The position numbers and the translations under genes were made by a program. 64,000 nt of DNA. It comes from Orbicella franksi (lineage: Eukaryota). Position 1 is the stretch's first letter. The number at the start of each line of letters is the position of its first letter. Of the stretch, positions 26,301 through 41,400 are shown piece after piece. The stretch spans positions 11,470,001 to 11,534,000 of the forward strand of contig OZ116701.1 in assembly GCA_964199315.1 (NCBI GenBank), in the 5' to 3' direction. The notes beneath the pieces are model-generated. The model was not told where the DNA came from, made no database searches, and saw only the letters and a list, made by a program, of their open reading frames with translations.

Positions 26301-28967
26301 ACACACATCAAGAGGCACCAAGATTGAGTAGGAACTCAGTCGACCTCTTAAAAAAAGTGTGGCGCAAACTCTGATGGTGGAAATGCCATCGGGTGTGGAA
26401 ACCTCCTGCTGCTTTGGTAGTGGAGGCCAGAATGGCTCGTGGCTTTTTGAGCAGAATTTTGTGCAAACCTCATTCCAAATTGCAGTTTGAACATTCGTTT
26501 TGCTGTTATGCACGGAAAGTCTCGAGCCTTTCAAAGTCCTGAAAAATGGTTGAGAATCTTCATGTGTATTTTTGAAATTTGAAAGAAAACAGAATGTTGA
26601 TCTTAATTTACTGTGTGTGTTGTTGTTAGGTGTTAATCTCAGTCAGCCAACTCTGGATTGCATCTCTGCACGATTCAACAACAAGGCAGGAAATTTGAGT
26701 TTTGATGATTTCCTTCAGATTGTCTGCCGTGTCTACTCAATTAAAGGTGCGAGTGCTATTCCGTCATATCGTATTATGTTGTGTCGACAGACCGACTCAT
26801 TGACTGACTGACCGACCCATTGACTGACCAGCGGGTCAACTGGCCAGCTGACTTATCGACTTGCCAGCCAACTGGCTGGCTGACCAATCGAACATCCAAT
26901 CAACTGACTGACCGTCCGACTGGCTGGTAACTTTATTTTTACCATTATTGCTCAAATGTGCAGCGAAATCATCTTGACCATAGTTACATGTAATTGAGGG
27001 AAATGGTTAGGAAACTTGGCAAAGTTTTTTGTTGTATATTTTTGTTTGCTGTTTTGGGGGTTGACCCTGCTCAAAAGGTGGTTACGTGTGCTCATAAAAC
27101 TAACAAACAGGAGCATTGCGATTATGTAATTCATGCGTAGTCTATGAGGATAAAACAAAAGATGTGTGGGGTCAAGGACCTTCCAACAGAAATCTTAGCC
27201 TGTTTGTTTACTTCTTTGATGTTTACCGGCCTTCCTAACCATTTCCCTCTATTACCTATGTCTTGAGTGTATTGGAACTCACCATTTTTGTTTTTGTCCT
27301 TTTTAGACGAATTTGATAAGTATGCTGACCGAACCGGAAAAGCCACATTCGGTCTTGATCAGGTGGGGTAGTAGTCTTTTGATTAGCTTTACATAATATA
27401 TCGGTGCTCACTTATGATCTACTGGAGGCCACACGCATAGGTGACGTTATTGACATTTTTATTTCTTTATTGCTTAAAATTATGGGCTATAACTTAACTA
27501 ATGCCAGGAATGGAAATAGCATGTCGAAAATTTGTCGATAGCCAAGTTTGAGGTCCCTGGCATTAAAGGATTAGATTCTATGACGGTTTGAATTTTTGAA
27601 AAATTAAGATTTGTATAGCAAAGGTGGTTGGAGATTTTCCGAAAATTCAAATTCAACTATGGTCACCTGACCCCAGCTGCAAAAGGCCTCTAGATCCCAG
27701 AAGACGGCAAAATGTGGTAAGAACAACAGTGAGACACTCGTATAACGGCTCGTGTGCTACTTTTTTTTTCTTACCACGTTTTGATGTCATCTGTGATCTA
27801 TTACTGAACAGACGCACGGCAATAGAGAATCTATTTGTTAAATAACGTCAATAACGGACGACAAATAAACTGTGAGAGCTTTTGTCGACCTTGTCGAGGT
27901 CTGAGTGTTTTTCCCAGAGATGTACCAATTTATTTGATCGTCGATTTATGACAACGATGTTCTAAATGCAGTGACTTTCTTTTCGCCATGTAACATATGT
28001 AACATGTGTCGATGCATGACCCTACTTGTGGGATTTTCTTACCCCATGTGAAATCGGCACCTCTTCGCAGCGGTCAGACACATCAAAGGAAGCTGTAGTA
28101 TAAGGGACGGACCATTATTTTATTGAATTGGGGGGGCGGGGGGGGGGGGAAGGGGTAATGGGTAATCTCCAAAAACAAAAATTCCTGCGCCGCAAAAACT
28201 GCTGAAAAAAATCGAGCAGTGGGAGCCGTGGGGAAAAAAATGAGCAAGTGCTTTCTACTACCTAGGTCTGTTTTTTTTTTGATGTTAAAAAAATTCTTGC
28301 ACAAGCTATTGCCCGCCAACAAATATCATGCACAACCTAAAGTTGAGAAAAAAAATCTTATGCCCTAGAAAATTGTCCAACCCTCAACCCCACCCCCCTC
28401 AAAAAATAATGGTCTACCCCTAAATGCCTTCTTTTGGCTTACTTTGGAAAGGCCTTAAGTTATAATTATTTATGTGCTTCAAATGACTAGTTGTTTCGTT
28501 GTACATTGTCAGTCGTAGAAACAAGTACCGTGTTGACTAGTGACGTTTTAAGAAGAGCGGGCCGGGGGGGGGGAGGGGGGATTTGGTGTGGGAGTTGAGT
28601 AAGGGGAGTGGAGGGAAGACGTGATTAGTGGACGAAGGCGAATTTTTCTTAAAGTTGAACGAGACTTGTTCCTACGACATCCTTAAAGATTTGAGTTTTT
28701 ACAGGTATCCGATGGTCACGCAATTTTTCGAAATGGAGAGGTTGCGTGACAAGCTAAATACTTTGTCATAATGCAGTAATGCTGCATTTATTACACGTGA
28801 CTCATTTCCCTTTTAGTTTATCTCTTGGTTTGTAATCTGCCTTGTCACGCGACATCTGGGAAAGAAAGATCGTGACGTGCGAGCCACCGTCACTTAAATG
28901 CATGCGTGATTCATCATACGTGATTCTTTTTCCCTTTCAGTTCCTACGTGCCTGTGTTACTTTGTAG
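11364..28967 (+). CDS. Classical calpain (CysPc protease, C2-like domain III, penta-EF-hand), about 695 aa, 19 coding exons
   Basis: Exons: 11364-11522, 13364-13713, 14352-14541, 15209-15289, 16009-16097, 16853-16930, 17050-17241, 18122-18257, 19008-19225, 20478-20529, 21718-21795, 22088-22145, 22335-22371, 22770-22791, 24393-24461, 25516-25594, 26630-26746, 27307-27362, 28941-28967. All have GT-AG boundaries with matching phases and sum to 2088 nt. Catalytic triad in [17 protein letters not shown] and RNPWG; also FEDPEFP, GGCRN, PTTFEP and EF-hand DKDGSGTMD. Orthology (CAPN9/calpain-B-like) is not resolvable by eye. Confidence 0.93.
12858..12929. repeat. (AAT)n/(AAC) microsatellite
   Basis: aataataataataataacaataataac... 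in calpain intron 1. Confidence 0.95.
17505..17686 (+). mobile_element. 3' end fragment of RTE-clade-like non-LTR retrotransposon
   Basis: Translates with indels as [44 protein letters not shown], followed by a (TGA)n tail; this matches the typical RTE C-terminus. Confidence 0.7.
20052..20335. other. Assembly gap (N run)
   Basis: 284 N. Confidence 1.
21515..21627. mobile_element. Hairpin core of MITE-like repeat
   Basis: gtttttgtgatatccagaataatcaaggtc ... gaccttgattattctggatatcacaaaaac inverted repeat. Confidence 0.7.
22792..24392 (+). other. U12-type (minor spliceosome) GT-AG intron in calpain
   Basis: 5' splice site GTATCTTTT (consensus RTATCCTTT), branch motif TTCCTTAAC at 24374-24382, AG at 24391-24392, no polypyrimidine tract; frame-consistent (RSIIDLKD|DDKTGKL). 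Confidence 0.8.
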
Positions 28968-31900
28968 TCTGATGAAGACCAACTAATGTCTCGGTAATTG
29001 GAATGTAATCTACGCTAATGTTAATCCAGCTAAGAAAAAAGCATGCTGTAACATTCTTCCCTATGATCTTAACTGTTTAACGTTGCTTTATGTACATGTA
29101 GTGCAATTGTTAAGAATTAAACTGCTAGAGCATTCAGACGGAGTGAAAGGTTTAAAATTAAGGAAGGTTATAGAAGGTTAAAAATGCAGATTGCTCGCTG
29201 GTAGAGTTAGTTGGTACGACACAGTTAACAAACAGCTTTGTCCTCGTGACAATAACAACCCATTGCTTACAACGATCACAAACGCTCGACTAACAAGAAA
29301 TTCATCTTACTTACGTGAACATCGTATGGGACTCTTGAGTTCACTGCTTTATTGTCTCTACTTTACGCTGTTAAACTACGGAGTGAAGTGCAGTTTGCCA
29401 CTTCCGAAACGCGCGCTATGATTGGTCGATGGTTGCCCTTGGAAACCATGAACTAATCATCTCGCCATGCCAATTTTCCAAGCTGTCCCCCCCCCCCCCC
29501 CAAAAAAAAAAAAACGCTGGTGCCGCATTTTAAAGCTAGCGCTTAGTCCCTTAAACTTCTGGAGTGGAGACTTTATAGAGGGGATGTCATATCATGGACA
29601 GAATTCTCCCATCTGATTGGTTCTTATTGCATAATGATTGGCAGGTAAATGGAGCATGTGCAATGATTGCATAATACAGACGCGTTCTGTTCTATGTAAC
29701 AGAGCATTTTCACCCCCCCCCCCCCTCACCCCCCCTCACCTTTGTCCATTCTTGGGAAACCATTGACGTTCTGTAGATGAAATTATGATGACGATAGGAT
29801 TAAAAGGTCCGTATAATTCCTTAGTGGCGTGAACTAAACCTCCCGATTCATCCCAGAATTGTGTATAGGTGGCTTGTTGCCAATTGAGTTTTCCAGGTTT
29901 TTATTCAAAGGATGTTGTAAAAGAAAATTGAAGCGGCCAAAATCACCCAAACAGTTGTTGTGGAAATGAACTTAATTGTTACTACGAGCTTTCACTGCAT
30001 CGGTCGCGTCTTGTCGCTTCATGCACTTCAACCAGCATCGTGGCGAAAAAGGAGGAAAAATAACTTCGAAGGACACCGAACAAGCAAAAGCGACGCCGAC
30101 GCTGGGGACAACGCCCGATGAAAAATGAATTTATACGAACGCAGTGAGGTCTGTACACACGACCGGGGTCAAGATTCTCCCATACAGACCGACTAAGCTC
30201 GGTTAATAAGATGTTTATTATATGGCAAAGAAGAAAACTTTAATTCGTTCAATAGAACTGGTTTGCTTGCAAACGGAGATGGGTTTAACTTAAACCTGCC
30301 TAAATTTGCTCGTCCTCTTTACTTTTTTTTTTGTCGTCAGGTTTTTTGGCACTTCCATAAATGATTGAGATGAAAACAAAAGAAAACGGTGATATATAAT
30401 TCGCGATTATCTAGTCCGTAGATCTGCTCAGTTTGTCTCGCGTTGTTGCGGTGTGCTTGAGCTCCCTAATATCTCCAACGAGTGCGCCATATATCATGTC
30501 AAGTAACCAGTAAAAAGCGAGCGAAAAAACAAAGGCTTTCTGGTGTGTTCTTGAACTTCTACAAATAAATGTTCTTAATTAGCACTGGGAGTGTTTATGG
30601 GAACGGAACTTACCTTACGCACCGAAAGTTCTGGCGAACAAGTGACTCGAAAGATTGAAAGAACCTTGTTGAGGTACAGTTGAATTATGAAAGAATCAGT
30701 TCCCGAGGTTATTTCAACGTCTGTTAATCAATTTGACGGACATGACCTTCCTGTGTAATATCTACGATATCAGCCTGTCTTGACAAGAATGTAGACGGCA
30801 GTTTCATGTAGCTAAGTTTCAGCCTTCTCCTGGCTAAATTTCTTGGACTTCGTGATTACTTTAGCTCTTCAAGTCATTTTAGAAAGCAATTCTGAAAGAA
30901 GAGCTTAAGGTCCCTTAGCTGAGAAACTGATGGCCTGCCATTGCATTGTTGTGTGAGAGCAGAGTTTCCATTGGTTACAACAAATAGCTCTTAACTGTGG
31001 GCTCCTTTTGATGCCAACAAAACAGGAGTTGGACAATTGTAAACATCTCCAAAATAACGAATTTTTACAGGCTTTGTAGGCTTATTATGTCTCATCCTGG
31101 CTGCGCTTCAATCTTTAATTTTATAATCTCCTTTGAAAGTACATTCTTCCAACGTGGCGCATTGAAACAAAAAAGATGTCTTACGGTGTACATTGTTTCT
31201 ACTTATGAATGGGTCAAGATGCATGATGGGACAAGACGTAACAGTCGGCTTGCAAGGCATGCTGGCACTGGCTGCCATTGTACGAACAGCCGGGAGAATT
31301 TTAATTGCATTGCTTCGCGTCTTTGATCTGATGGAATTTACTTCCTTCGGTTTCTTATCCATCCTTCTAATAAAGACATGGAACATAACTGGCAGCCTAG
31401 CCTGCAAAGTTTTTCTACACTGACGGGGTCGTCTTCAGTAAATACCTAATTTTTGACGCGTTTGCCTACGATTGAAAACACTCATGAAAGCTGGGACTTA
31501 GGAGGTGGACTATTTGACTTGAAAGAAGGAGGTTGGGGGGGGGGGGGGGGAGAGCTGTTTTTGAAAAAAGTATCCTGCAAGCATACTTTTATCAAAACAT
31601 TCTGCCATTCAAGCACGTTCAGTGGGCCGGAAAAAAAGCATGTTATATGGAAGAAAGAGTATCATTCATACACAATCGTGCCTGTACCAAGTCACCCACC
31701 CCCCCCCCTCCCCTCAAAAGTCGAATGGTCTACTCCTAAGCAAACTTGGAAGACGCACTGTACCGTTTGACAATGTAATAACGTGGATCCTTTAGTGCAG
31801 GCCAAGGATGTGTTTGAACTAATCACTTTCTATTTGCTTTTCAGTTCATCATGGCATGCGTAACTTTATGATGTAACCGAAATGAGAAAGAAAAAGTCCC

Positions 31901-32468
31901 GGAAAACGTCCGCAACAAATCTCAAAGCGTGGATTTGAAGAAAATAACCGTCAAACTTGTAGCTTAGTTAGGTAGCATTTCATAACTTGGTACCATTCAT
32001 ATATCATCTTTTTTCCTTCGGGGGGGCCTCGACCCTTCTCAGAGTTGCCACGCAACGTGTCCTTTACGCATATTGCGTGACGATTCCGAGAATCACGTGT
32101 AGGTAAACCAATTTCTTGGTTGTTTCAATTATTCAATCTAATTAAAATTTCAACTCGATCAGTGTGAGCCAAGTTTAATTTTATAAATTAACAGTAAAAC
32201 CTGAATAACTTAACTGGAAATCAGTTTAAAGGAGTTCGCTGGTGAAGGGTATCCTTAGATAAACTATTAAGACAATTAAAATGTGTGGACCTAGCGACTA
32301 TCCCTTTTTTATTACTATTACAACTTATTTGTATTTGTAAGCGACGTATAATCTTAAAAAAAAAACAAGGGAAATAAAGGTGTTAAACCACACGTTTTGG
32401 AGTGTATTGTTGCTAGAACTGTACAAGTAAAAAGAAAAGGTCTTATTAAGACCACTACATCGTTCTCA

Positions 32469-35400
32469 TCAGAACTTGAATTCTTTGTATTTCTTGGCGG
32501 ACTTCCCACTGTCTGTGGCTTTCTTCCGTTTCTGCAAAGGATGCAACAGTTTCGTTATTTTCTTAAGCCATCTAAAACTAACTACTGTCTCCTCGCAAAA
32601 TTGCCCAAATAACTGTTCCAAGAATAGCTAAAATAGACTTTAAAAGAACGTCATCAAACCTAAGAGCAACTGACACTTTAAAAAAGCCTCGTTTAAATTT
32701 TCCAGTTCTCTGTAGCCTGAATAGCGGTCCTCCCCGCATTTAAGACGCACAAACTTTGAGACGAGAGCAAAATATTGGGGGAGGTAGAGGGGCTAGCTGC
32801 CCTAACTCTACTGCCATTTCTTGCTCTACTCTCAATTTTCACGCGGTCAAATCGCAGGAAAGTCTTATTCGTCCGGGAACGGTAGCAACGGAGGCTAAAT
32901 GTTTTGCAACGGATGACTTTGACTTTAACCAGGCCGCCTGGTTATGCATATTCTCCCTCGTAATAAGAGCCCGCTCCCAGTTTATCTTGTGTTTATCTTC
33001 AGTTTATCTCATTGGTGTCATATCTTAAAATAATTTGATCCTGGAATTGGAATTGGAATTTGGAGGCCCCACTGACTCTTGTGAAAACCTACTATCGCAT
33101 TATTGCTTGTTATTTCCGGTGTTTTTCGTTGCCGATAGAAATGGAATTGTGACGCTCACCTTTTGTTTAGCAGCGTGCTCTGCCACCATGTCACTAAGGT
33201 CCTCTTTTTGTAGTTGGCTTTCTCGTTCTTTCAGCTGTTCCTCGTATCTGAAATGCACCAAGACGACAAATTCAACGATGGCGTCAAAACCCGGGGGCAC
33301 TGCCTATAATGGCCTATACGGGAAGGTGCCGCTCGAAAGGCGTACCTTTTACTTACCTCAGTAATATAAAAGGGTAGGGATTTCACAAGTTGACGTGTGT
33401 GAAAGGGCAGAGAAATCTGTCTTTTGTGTCCAGCGTGAACATGAACCGAATATAAAATACTTGTTCTTCTGGTTTTGCTTGATGTTCTCTGGTAATATTG
33501 TTCATTAACTTCATTCCAAGGGTTAAACAAATGGACGCAGTGTTCTTGAAAAGGTATGTGAAAGGGGTACCACTTCTGTCAAAATGGTAAACAAAAGGGT
33601 AAGGGGCAGGGCCTTGGCGAGGAGCCCCCCCCCGTATAAAACCTTGTAGAGTATCACCCCGCCAGGGGGGGAGGGGGGCGTCAAAACTTTGTGTACTGAA
33701 CAAAATCCCATTAATGATTTTATTGATCCGTGCGACGTCCGGGACCGGTTTTCACTTGGCGCGGGAAGATCTGATTGATGGATCAATTCCATCACAGGTT
33801 TCTTTTGTGTGATTACCAGTACGAGAGGTGCACACATAACTAGAAACTAACCTGGCCTGCATAGCAGCAGGGTCCAACTCCAGTTCACTTGGGTCCAGTG
33901 CTACCTCGACACCTTCTGTCAATGGCGCTCCCGCCTGGTAACGAAAGTGGGAAAAGTCAGTTGGAAGCAAACTTGAAGACCTAATCTTTCTTGAGTACTA
34001 TACGTTAAACTGCAGGGCCTGGATGTTCAAAACTCCATTTAACTAATCCAGTATTTGCGTGAATTGGATAACAGTGTTACAAATTAGAAACACAAATTAG
34101 TGAGGTTTGTTTTTTTTTTATATATTTTCTGTTCTTCCGATTTGGAGTTTGTCTAATCTCAAACTATGCAAAATGTTTGCAATAAAAAATATTTTTGTAC
34201 GAGGGAAATATGAACACCGAACCACATTCAATCCTGGATTAGTGTTAATCGGCTTTAAAACAAACCGGCCTGTCCTAGGACTACGCAAAATTATAGCGTT
34301 ATTTCTATCGCAGTTTCTTTTTTACAGTCATGCCGTTAAGTGACGCAAGATCGACAAGGCAAGAGACAGAACGCAATGTCTACAAAGGAAACTTCGGTCC
34401 GTCTCTTTCGGTATGGTCTATACCTCGTTCAGCTGGTTCTCCTATTAAAATTTCAACATTTGGGACGTCAATTGTGTAAACTGAGAGATAAAGCGAGACT
34501 AATATAAACTTGACCACTGTCTCCTTGAACTTTATTAATAACACCAGCATGATTTAAAGAACTCATCAACTAAACTTACCTTTCTGGGAACTCCAGCAGC
34601 TGCCTACAAAACAAAACAAAACAAAAAAAAACACATTTAAAATGACCTGATCAAAAAAGGTGCGGACCAAACCCGTCGAAAAGGGAAATTGACATGTACA
34701 GCCACCCATCTTATAAGGCTGTCAGTGTACAATAGATGTACTGATGAAAATTAAACCTCGTTTCGCGAAGGTATATTAAAAGCTGACAAACCTGTGGTAA
34801 AGGGGTGGGGGTGGGGCGAGAAAAAGAGCCCCCCTCTTTTTCTCTGTAGAAAAAGAGGGGACTGGTAGTTGTTACAAAGAAAGTTGAACACACTACTTCC
34901 TTGATTGCTTCCACCGCAGGAACATTCACCGCCCTTCTTGCCGAGACTAAAAACGTGTCATGTTATTTTACAACAACGGTTCGTGCTGCGCGCGCAGAGA
35001 GAACATCCCCTACTTATCACAACTTACCGACGTTATGTCGTACACATGCGCAGATCCCATCATAGCAGCACCGACGTTCACTCTCTTCTCCGGCAACACC
35101 GTGTACAAGGTCTGCTGTTCGGCACCAGTCTCCATAGCTTCCTCGATATTTTTCCTCTTTCGCAGCTCGATCATGTCCGGTGTCTCCATGCCAGCTGGTA
35201 TTGACGTCAGTCCGCTAGGCGTAATCAGACCGCTGTACAAGACGCGAGGAAAAAAATTAAACTAACAAAAAAAACAACGAACTAACGCAAAATTCTGAAA
35301 CTGGCCTTTGGGTTTATTCCCGTCCAAACGTTTGCGGGCACTCTGATCCAAACAGTACGGTATCAAGTTCTAAACTTAACGCCAGGGTCGAATATATAAG

Positions 35401-38400
35401 CTCGCCTTCTCGACCCAGCGTTTCTTTTTTAAATTAAACAACTTTATTTAACTGTCAAATGTATTCAGTACTGTTGCGCCGGCTAATTGGGGACACTGTA
35501 AATAAATAACCGAATATTGCAACTGGAACATAAACTATCACTTATTGCAGTATGGAGAACTTACGTGTCAGCTGGAGTGATGAGGCCAGTTTGATCTTCC
35601 TCCTCTTCAGATTCCTCCTAAAAAATTGAGATAACACAATCAATCAAAGACGTGCTCCCGAATAGACAAATTTCGCCATATAAAAATTTAGCCTAAAACA
35701 ATAGACCTCAGTGCGAGGCTCTGGGGGATAACTACAGAGTTTGCGGGGTTTATCTCCCAGAGCCTCGTACTGAGGTCTATTGTTTTAGGCTGATTTTTAA
35801 TAGATCGAAATTGGTCTAAATTGCAGACACCGAAAAGGGATGTTAAAGGTCAGAAAGTTTCCCGTTTCAAGAATCCACCTTTCGAGGAGCATAGCAAGCT
35901 TGACAAAACAGCAATCATGAATCAGACTCCATCGCAAGATCGCACGCTTCTCTGACAGAAGCAGAAAGCAAACACCTTGCGTGACAACAGAATAGCTACT
36001 GTGAAGGTCACAAGTGGGTTGATGGCTCATATTCTTTTTTTTTCCAACAACAAAAAGATGCGTCTGAAGAAAGGCAGCACTTTATTGCGCCAGGAATAAA
36101 AGTTTACCGTATTTCCTATTTCTTTATTACTATAAATAACTACCTTGTACGTCTGTTTAGACAAGTCACGCACACTTATGTGACAAAGTCGCACATACCT
36201 CCGACTCGGACTCCTCCTCAGACTCAGACTCCAGCTCACCCCAGGGCTGGCTCTCAATCTGTTCGTCTTCCTCCACCACAGGAGCCTCCTGCTGTTGAAT
36301 GCCGAACACGTCACCGTACAGAGGCTTCCCCTGCTCATCCACTGGAGGCTTGCCCCAGCCCCCCGCATGATAACCAAATGAGGCGCCCTGGAAACAGCAC
36401 ATCAATAAAGCTGTTAATTTTCAAAAGAAATCAACATCTTACCGCCGAAATTCACAATTTTTACACTGACTAATAATGACTGCCACATAAACGCATTTAG
36501 TTTAACTCTTGTCGCCAATTTGTGCACGAATCCCCGCAACACAGATTTCTCTCTTAATCTTTGTGTGACACTGCGGCTTCATCTTGATCCACCTGTATCG
36601 TAAATGTATTACGCTGACGAACTAATCAATAGGCCCTTTGCAGCATAAAATTATCAGCTATAACTTAAAGAACGCCAGAAATAGGAAAAGCATGTCAAAA
36701 ATATCAAATTGTCCAAGTTTGAGACCCCTGGCATTAAAGAGTGAGATTTTGTGACGGTTGGAATTTTTTTTTAAAAAAATTAAAAATTACGAAGATTTGT
36801 ATGGAAGAAGTTGTTGGAGAGCAAACCCTTGCTCTCAAGCAACATAGCAATATTGTCACGTGACCCCAGCTACAAAGGGCCTATTATTCATGTCAGATGA
36901 ATTGTTCTAGAACGACAATAAATATGTTCATGGGCCACTTCAAAGTCTCTAATCTAAACGATAGCCTAACTAGTTAGACGAATAATATTTAAGAAATGCC
37001 CAAGACTGAGCCTTTTCTTACCTCAGGTATTGGTGCATTTAGACCAGGGATCTTGAGGTTGGGGTAGGAGGGAGGAGGTCCATACCTCTGCATGGCTATT
37101 AACCATGGCGGTGGAACCAGATGATTGTTAGGACCTATCGGCATACCAAGTGCTGTTCTTAGGTCATCTGACAGATCGCCTGGTTTCTTTTCTTTCAGTC
37201 GTGTTTCAAACTCTTTTCCCTGATGGTCAAAATGTACGACAATCACGATTATCATTTTCGTCAGCCTCCCATAGAACAAAACCCTTTGCAGCCTGCACAA
37301 GTGTCCACTAAGCAGAGGTGTGGGAGGTTCAAAATGTGCGTTTGTAAGGTGCCAAGGAATATGAGCAAGTGTTCCCTGGTGACAAAACGTCAGAGTACCA
37401 GAACATGTGCAAAGGTAGGTTAGAGCCAATTGAAAGAATGCTCCGCTCTCACTCGTTGAAAAGGCATTATATGGCGCTTTGCTTTAAGGTAAATTTTAAA
37501 AATCTGCACATGGATCATGACTTAGTGCCTTTTTAAATTAAGTACCACAAAAGTAAGAGGTTTTTAAGGCGTTTAACTTTTCACTTGTAAGGAAAATATA
37601 AACGCAAATATAGTCAATAACGCTCTGTGTGGAATCTATGCCAGAGAATCAATTAATTAAATCACCTACAGCGATAGAATAGAAGGTGAATGCTTTTATG
37701 TTTCGAAACACACACAACCTACCTCATAGTAAAGATCACCGTGAATTAACATTTTGGGTTTCGTTTGCCATCTGCAACGAAAATACCAATACAATCAGTA
37801 AATCGACAATTAAACAGACAAAGTGGGACAAACGTTCTCAGCAGTAAATTCAAATTGGAGAGCAAAAATGTTACACTCTTCCAATAATATTGAACTTTCC
37901 TACTTGTATCCAGTAAAACTGTAAGGAACTGAAAATGACAATCCAAAGATTAAGAAAAATCATACATTTATAAAAAAAATTAAGACTCACTTGAAAAAGG
38001 CATCATGAAGCTTTTGATAATCAATATCAATCTTTCCCATCTTTGGTCGAACCTACAAAACAATATCACATCAATTGGTAATGTCATTCCAACACATGCA
38101 TACATGTAAAGCTATACTATCGCACAAGAAAAATGAAAACATTAAAAACAATTGCAACAATGTTTTACCTTCTCTCTCATCTTTGCTTTCATGGTTTTTT
38201 GATCTTCCTGCAATGAAAAGATCAGACAATATTATTTTGATAGTATTGCTTTTGCAAATCACTGGTTCCAGGTTGAAGTCCTTTACCTTTGCATGAACTC
38301 CAGACATAAACATTAATTATCAATTTCAGCACCTTGCCCTAAAGGTTATGCAAATAGTCAGTGTGGCTGTGTTTATTTCAGAATGTTTGCTTCTGTTGTT

Positions 38401-41400
38401 CGAGGGGTTGGTTTCAGTGCCTCAAGAACTTTGTTTGTCCATGAGACATCTCGCTCCAAGTCTTCTCCTAGGCCTACATTCCGCACTAAATGTTAAATAT
38501 CACTTTCCAAGTGACCTGTCATGATTGTTTATTTGTTTCATAGTCTAGTGCCCAGTAATTACCTTTTCTTGCATTGCTTCTCTCATTTCCATGATTCCAG
38601 TTTTCTGTCAAAAGAAACAAGAAATGTAATTGTTATCAAAAATAGTCTGGAAAGAGCTACCTTTGGATTTATTCTCTATTTTTTGGCCACACAGACTGAA
38701 ACTGGTTTGTCTCTGTCAAACTTGAGACTAGATCTAATGACACTATATCTAAAAGTTGATCCAGTATTAAACAAACCAAAATTTCCTAAATCAACAAAAT
38801 AATAAATGTCCTAAATAGAAATTTGACACAAACATGTACAATAATTGCAATTCTCAACAATGGGAAGAAGTACAATAACTGATTCAATACAAACCTTGAT
38901 GAATTCTGGCAGTTCAAACGGTGGTTTCACAATCCCTCTTTTGCCCTGGAAGCCACGACAAACAAACACATTGTAGTTAATCTCCAAGGAAAAATAGCTA
39001 AAGAGTGTGGTGACTTAGCAGTAAAAAGTGCCTTTCATTCAATGAAAAATTATTTCAAGACAAGGGAAGCTATTTTTTCCAGTGGCTAATCTGGTTACCA
39101 TGGACATATCCTTTTATTCTTTCCATAGCCATAGGAATAAATATTTCTCCTTTTATATTCATTCTATAATGCTGATGTTAACTCTGTAAACAGTGCGCAA
39201 TAATAAAGAAATTGAAGTTATGCTGAGGTTCTTGTTCAACCATACACTGCAATCTGCAATCTTCACTTTAGCTATTCAAAATAATGAACACTTTAAAATC
39301 ATAGCAATTAATTAAATAAATATGTAAAGGCATTGTAAGATGCAGGGGTAATTGAACATTTTCTTGCCCTGCATGTAGAGATGCCATCACATTTGTCTCC
39401 CAGCCACACAAACACTGAACAGAGAAATGACACTTGTTCAGCTAAAAAGGTGTGTCTCTGGCAAGCTGCTAAGTGCACGTGGAGGTTAGTAACCTTACCT
39501 GAAGATATTTCCTCTTGAAACACCAATGTCTGGGCACAGGAACTGAATTGCGACATGACTGAAAAATACAGCAACAAAGAGATTAGTCAACTTCATTTTT
39601 TTTTTACTATTACAGAAAGTTTGATGCCAAAGACGTTGTAATGGATGAGAGATTGTTATGAAGCCCATTATACTTGACCCATACAATTTGCAAATAATAC
39701 AAATAGTCTATATCGGTGGTTTAATAACAATTTGGTCCAAAAATGTATACGTTTTAAATCCAGGTGTGCTCTCGGGTTAAGAATAAATTCACTACCTGAA
39801 TTTTAGAACATGATGTCCACTGATTCAACATAGTTTCCAGCAAAAAACATACTCTTACTATGTCAACCATTGCAACAATTCTCAACAACACCTTTTCTGT
39901 TAAGACACCCTGCGAGCAGAGTCTCCTTTGACCTTCCTTGAAAAATTAGAAACTTCCCCTTCCCTATTTTTCTAGCAAGATCAAAGGAGACTTTGCTTGC
40001 AGGTTACTGTTTAGGGTAATGTGCTGACAATGTAATCTACAAGTTCAGTTAAATGATCTGCTCTTATAGGAATGAGTTATGTCAACTACATGTGCTCTTC
40101 CCACAAAGAAATGCATTCACTGGGCAACAGGATACACGCCCAGTGAATCAAAGTGTGGGACATTCAGTTTCAAGAAAGGCTAACCTACAAACTATGAAAT
40201 TATTATGATGATCTTAATGCCAAAATGCCATAAGGTAAATATATAGTGGCAGTTTGCCATTGTTTGATTGACATTCATGGTGTTTCATTGTAAAGAAAGG
40301 AAAAACCATAAATCCTTAATCAAGGTTCATATTCTTTTTGAACTTTTCAAATTCCATGGCTTTCCATGACCTTTTCCATGATCTTTCCGAGTTTTTCATG
40401 ATGTATGTTAAGCAGTTGTTCTCAAATTTTTGTCCGTTGAAAACAATCTATTATTTACGGTATTTTCCCACATTATGATGCATAACATGCGTGGTAGTGT
40501 GTGTGCGTGTTTTTTTTTTTTTTTTTTTTTTTTACTGGAATGAACTGGTTTTCTGACTTGTCTGTTGTTTTTTCCACTTTTGATTTTTTTCCTGTTCATT
40601 CTTGGAAAGTTTATTACTTTGCCACAACTTTCCATGACTTTCCATGACCTACACTTCAATTTCATGACTTTCCAGGCCTGGAAAACAAAATTATAAAATT
40701 CCAAAACATTCCAGGTTTTCCATGACCCATACAAACCCTGTTAATAATGAATGAACAAACTCATTATTTCCCCTTCAATCTATATACTGCACTGAAACAC
40801 CACAAACTTCAATCAAAAACTGGTGACCATTGCAGGGTGATCTTATAGGCTTACAACTTCAGAACAACTTTTCCCAAATCAGATGTATATGTAGAATTTG
40901 TATTACTTGCACGAGTGATTTGCTACTGTGGCAGTCAGCTTGACATGGTTATCAATAGTGTACACAGATATAAAATGTTCTATCCCCCTAGTGAAGATGT
41001 AACAGGTATTATTAGCCAGGCAAGAAAACCTGTTAACAACCTTGGCCCTCTTTGTGTTCAGATGCACTGAAGGAAACAAAATTTTGGTACAACAGAAATT
41101 TACCTTTAGGAAGACAAGAAACTTTGGATCATGTGCAGTAACATCATGCATCTCAACCACATCAGGTCTTGGGACTAACTGTAGAGAAACAAATAACACC
41201 AACTTACATTACAGAGATGCAACACAGTGTACATGAAACACAACATTGAGAAAACTCGCTGGCAAAGTTTTAAATTTGTATGCTTGTCAAATTTTATTGG
41301 AGTTCTTAAATTTTATTTCATGAAATGATGACCTTTGTTTAGCATATTACACTTTTGAACAAAGCACCCACTGAGAGTGCTGTGTTGATTAACAGTAGTG

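Noticed and set aside
30480-31430. Short ORFs between the calpain and SF3B2 3' ends
   Set aside because: Many stops in all frames and no recognisable motif; possibly decayed TE or gene sequence, but unsupported.
34890-34950. Coding-looking stretch in an SF3B2 intron (VSARRAVNVPAVEAIKE)
   Set aside because: The only AG gives an in-frame stop in the required phase.
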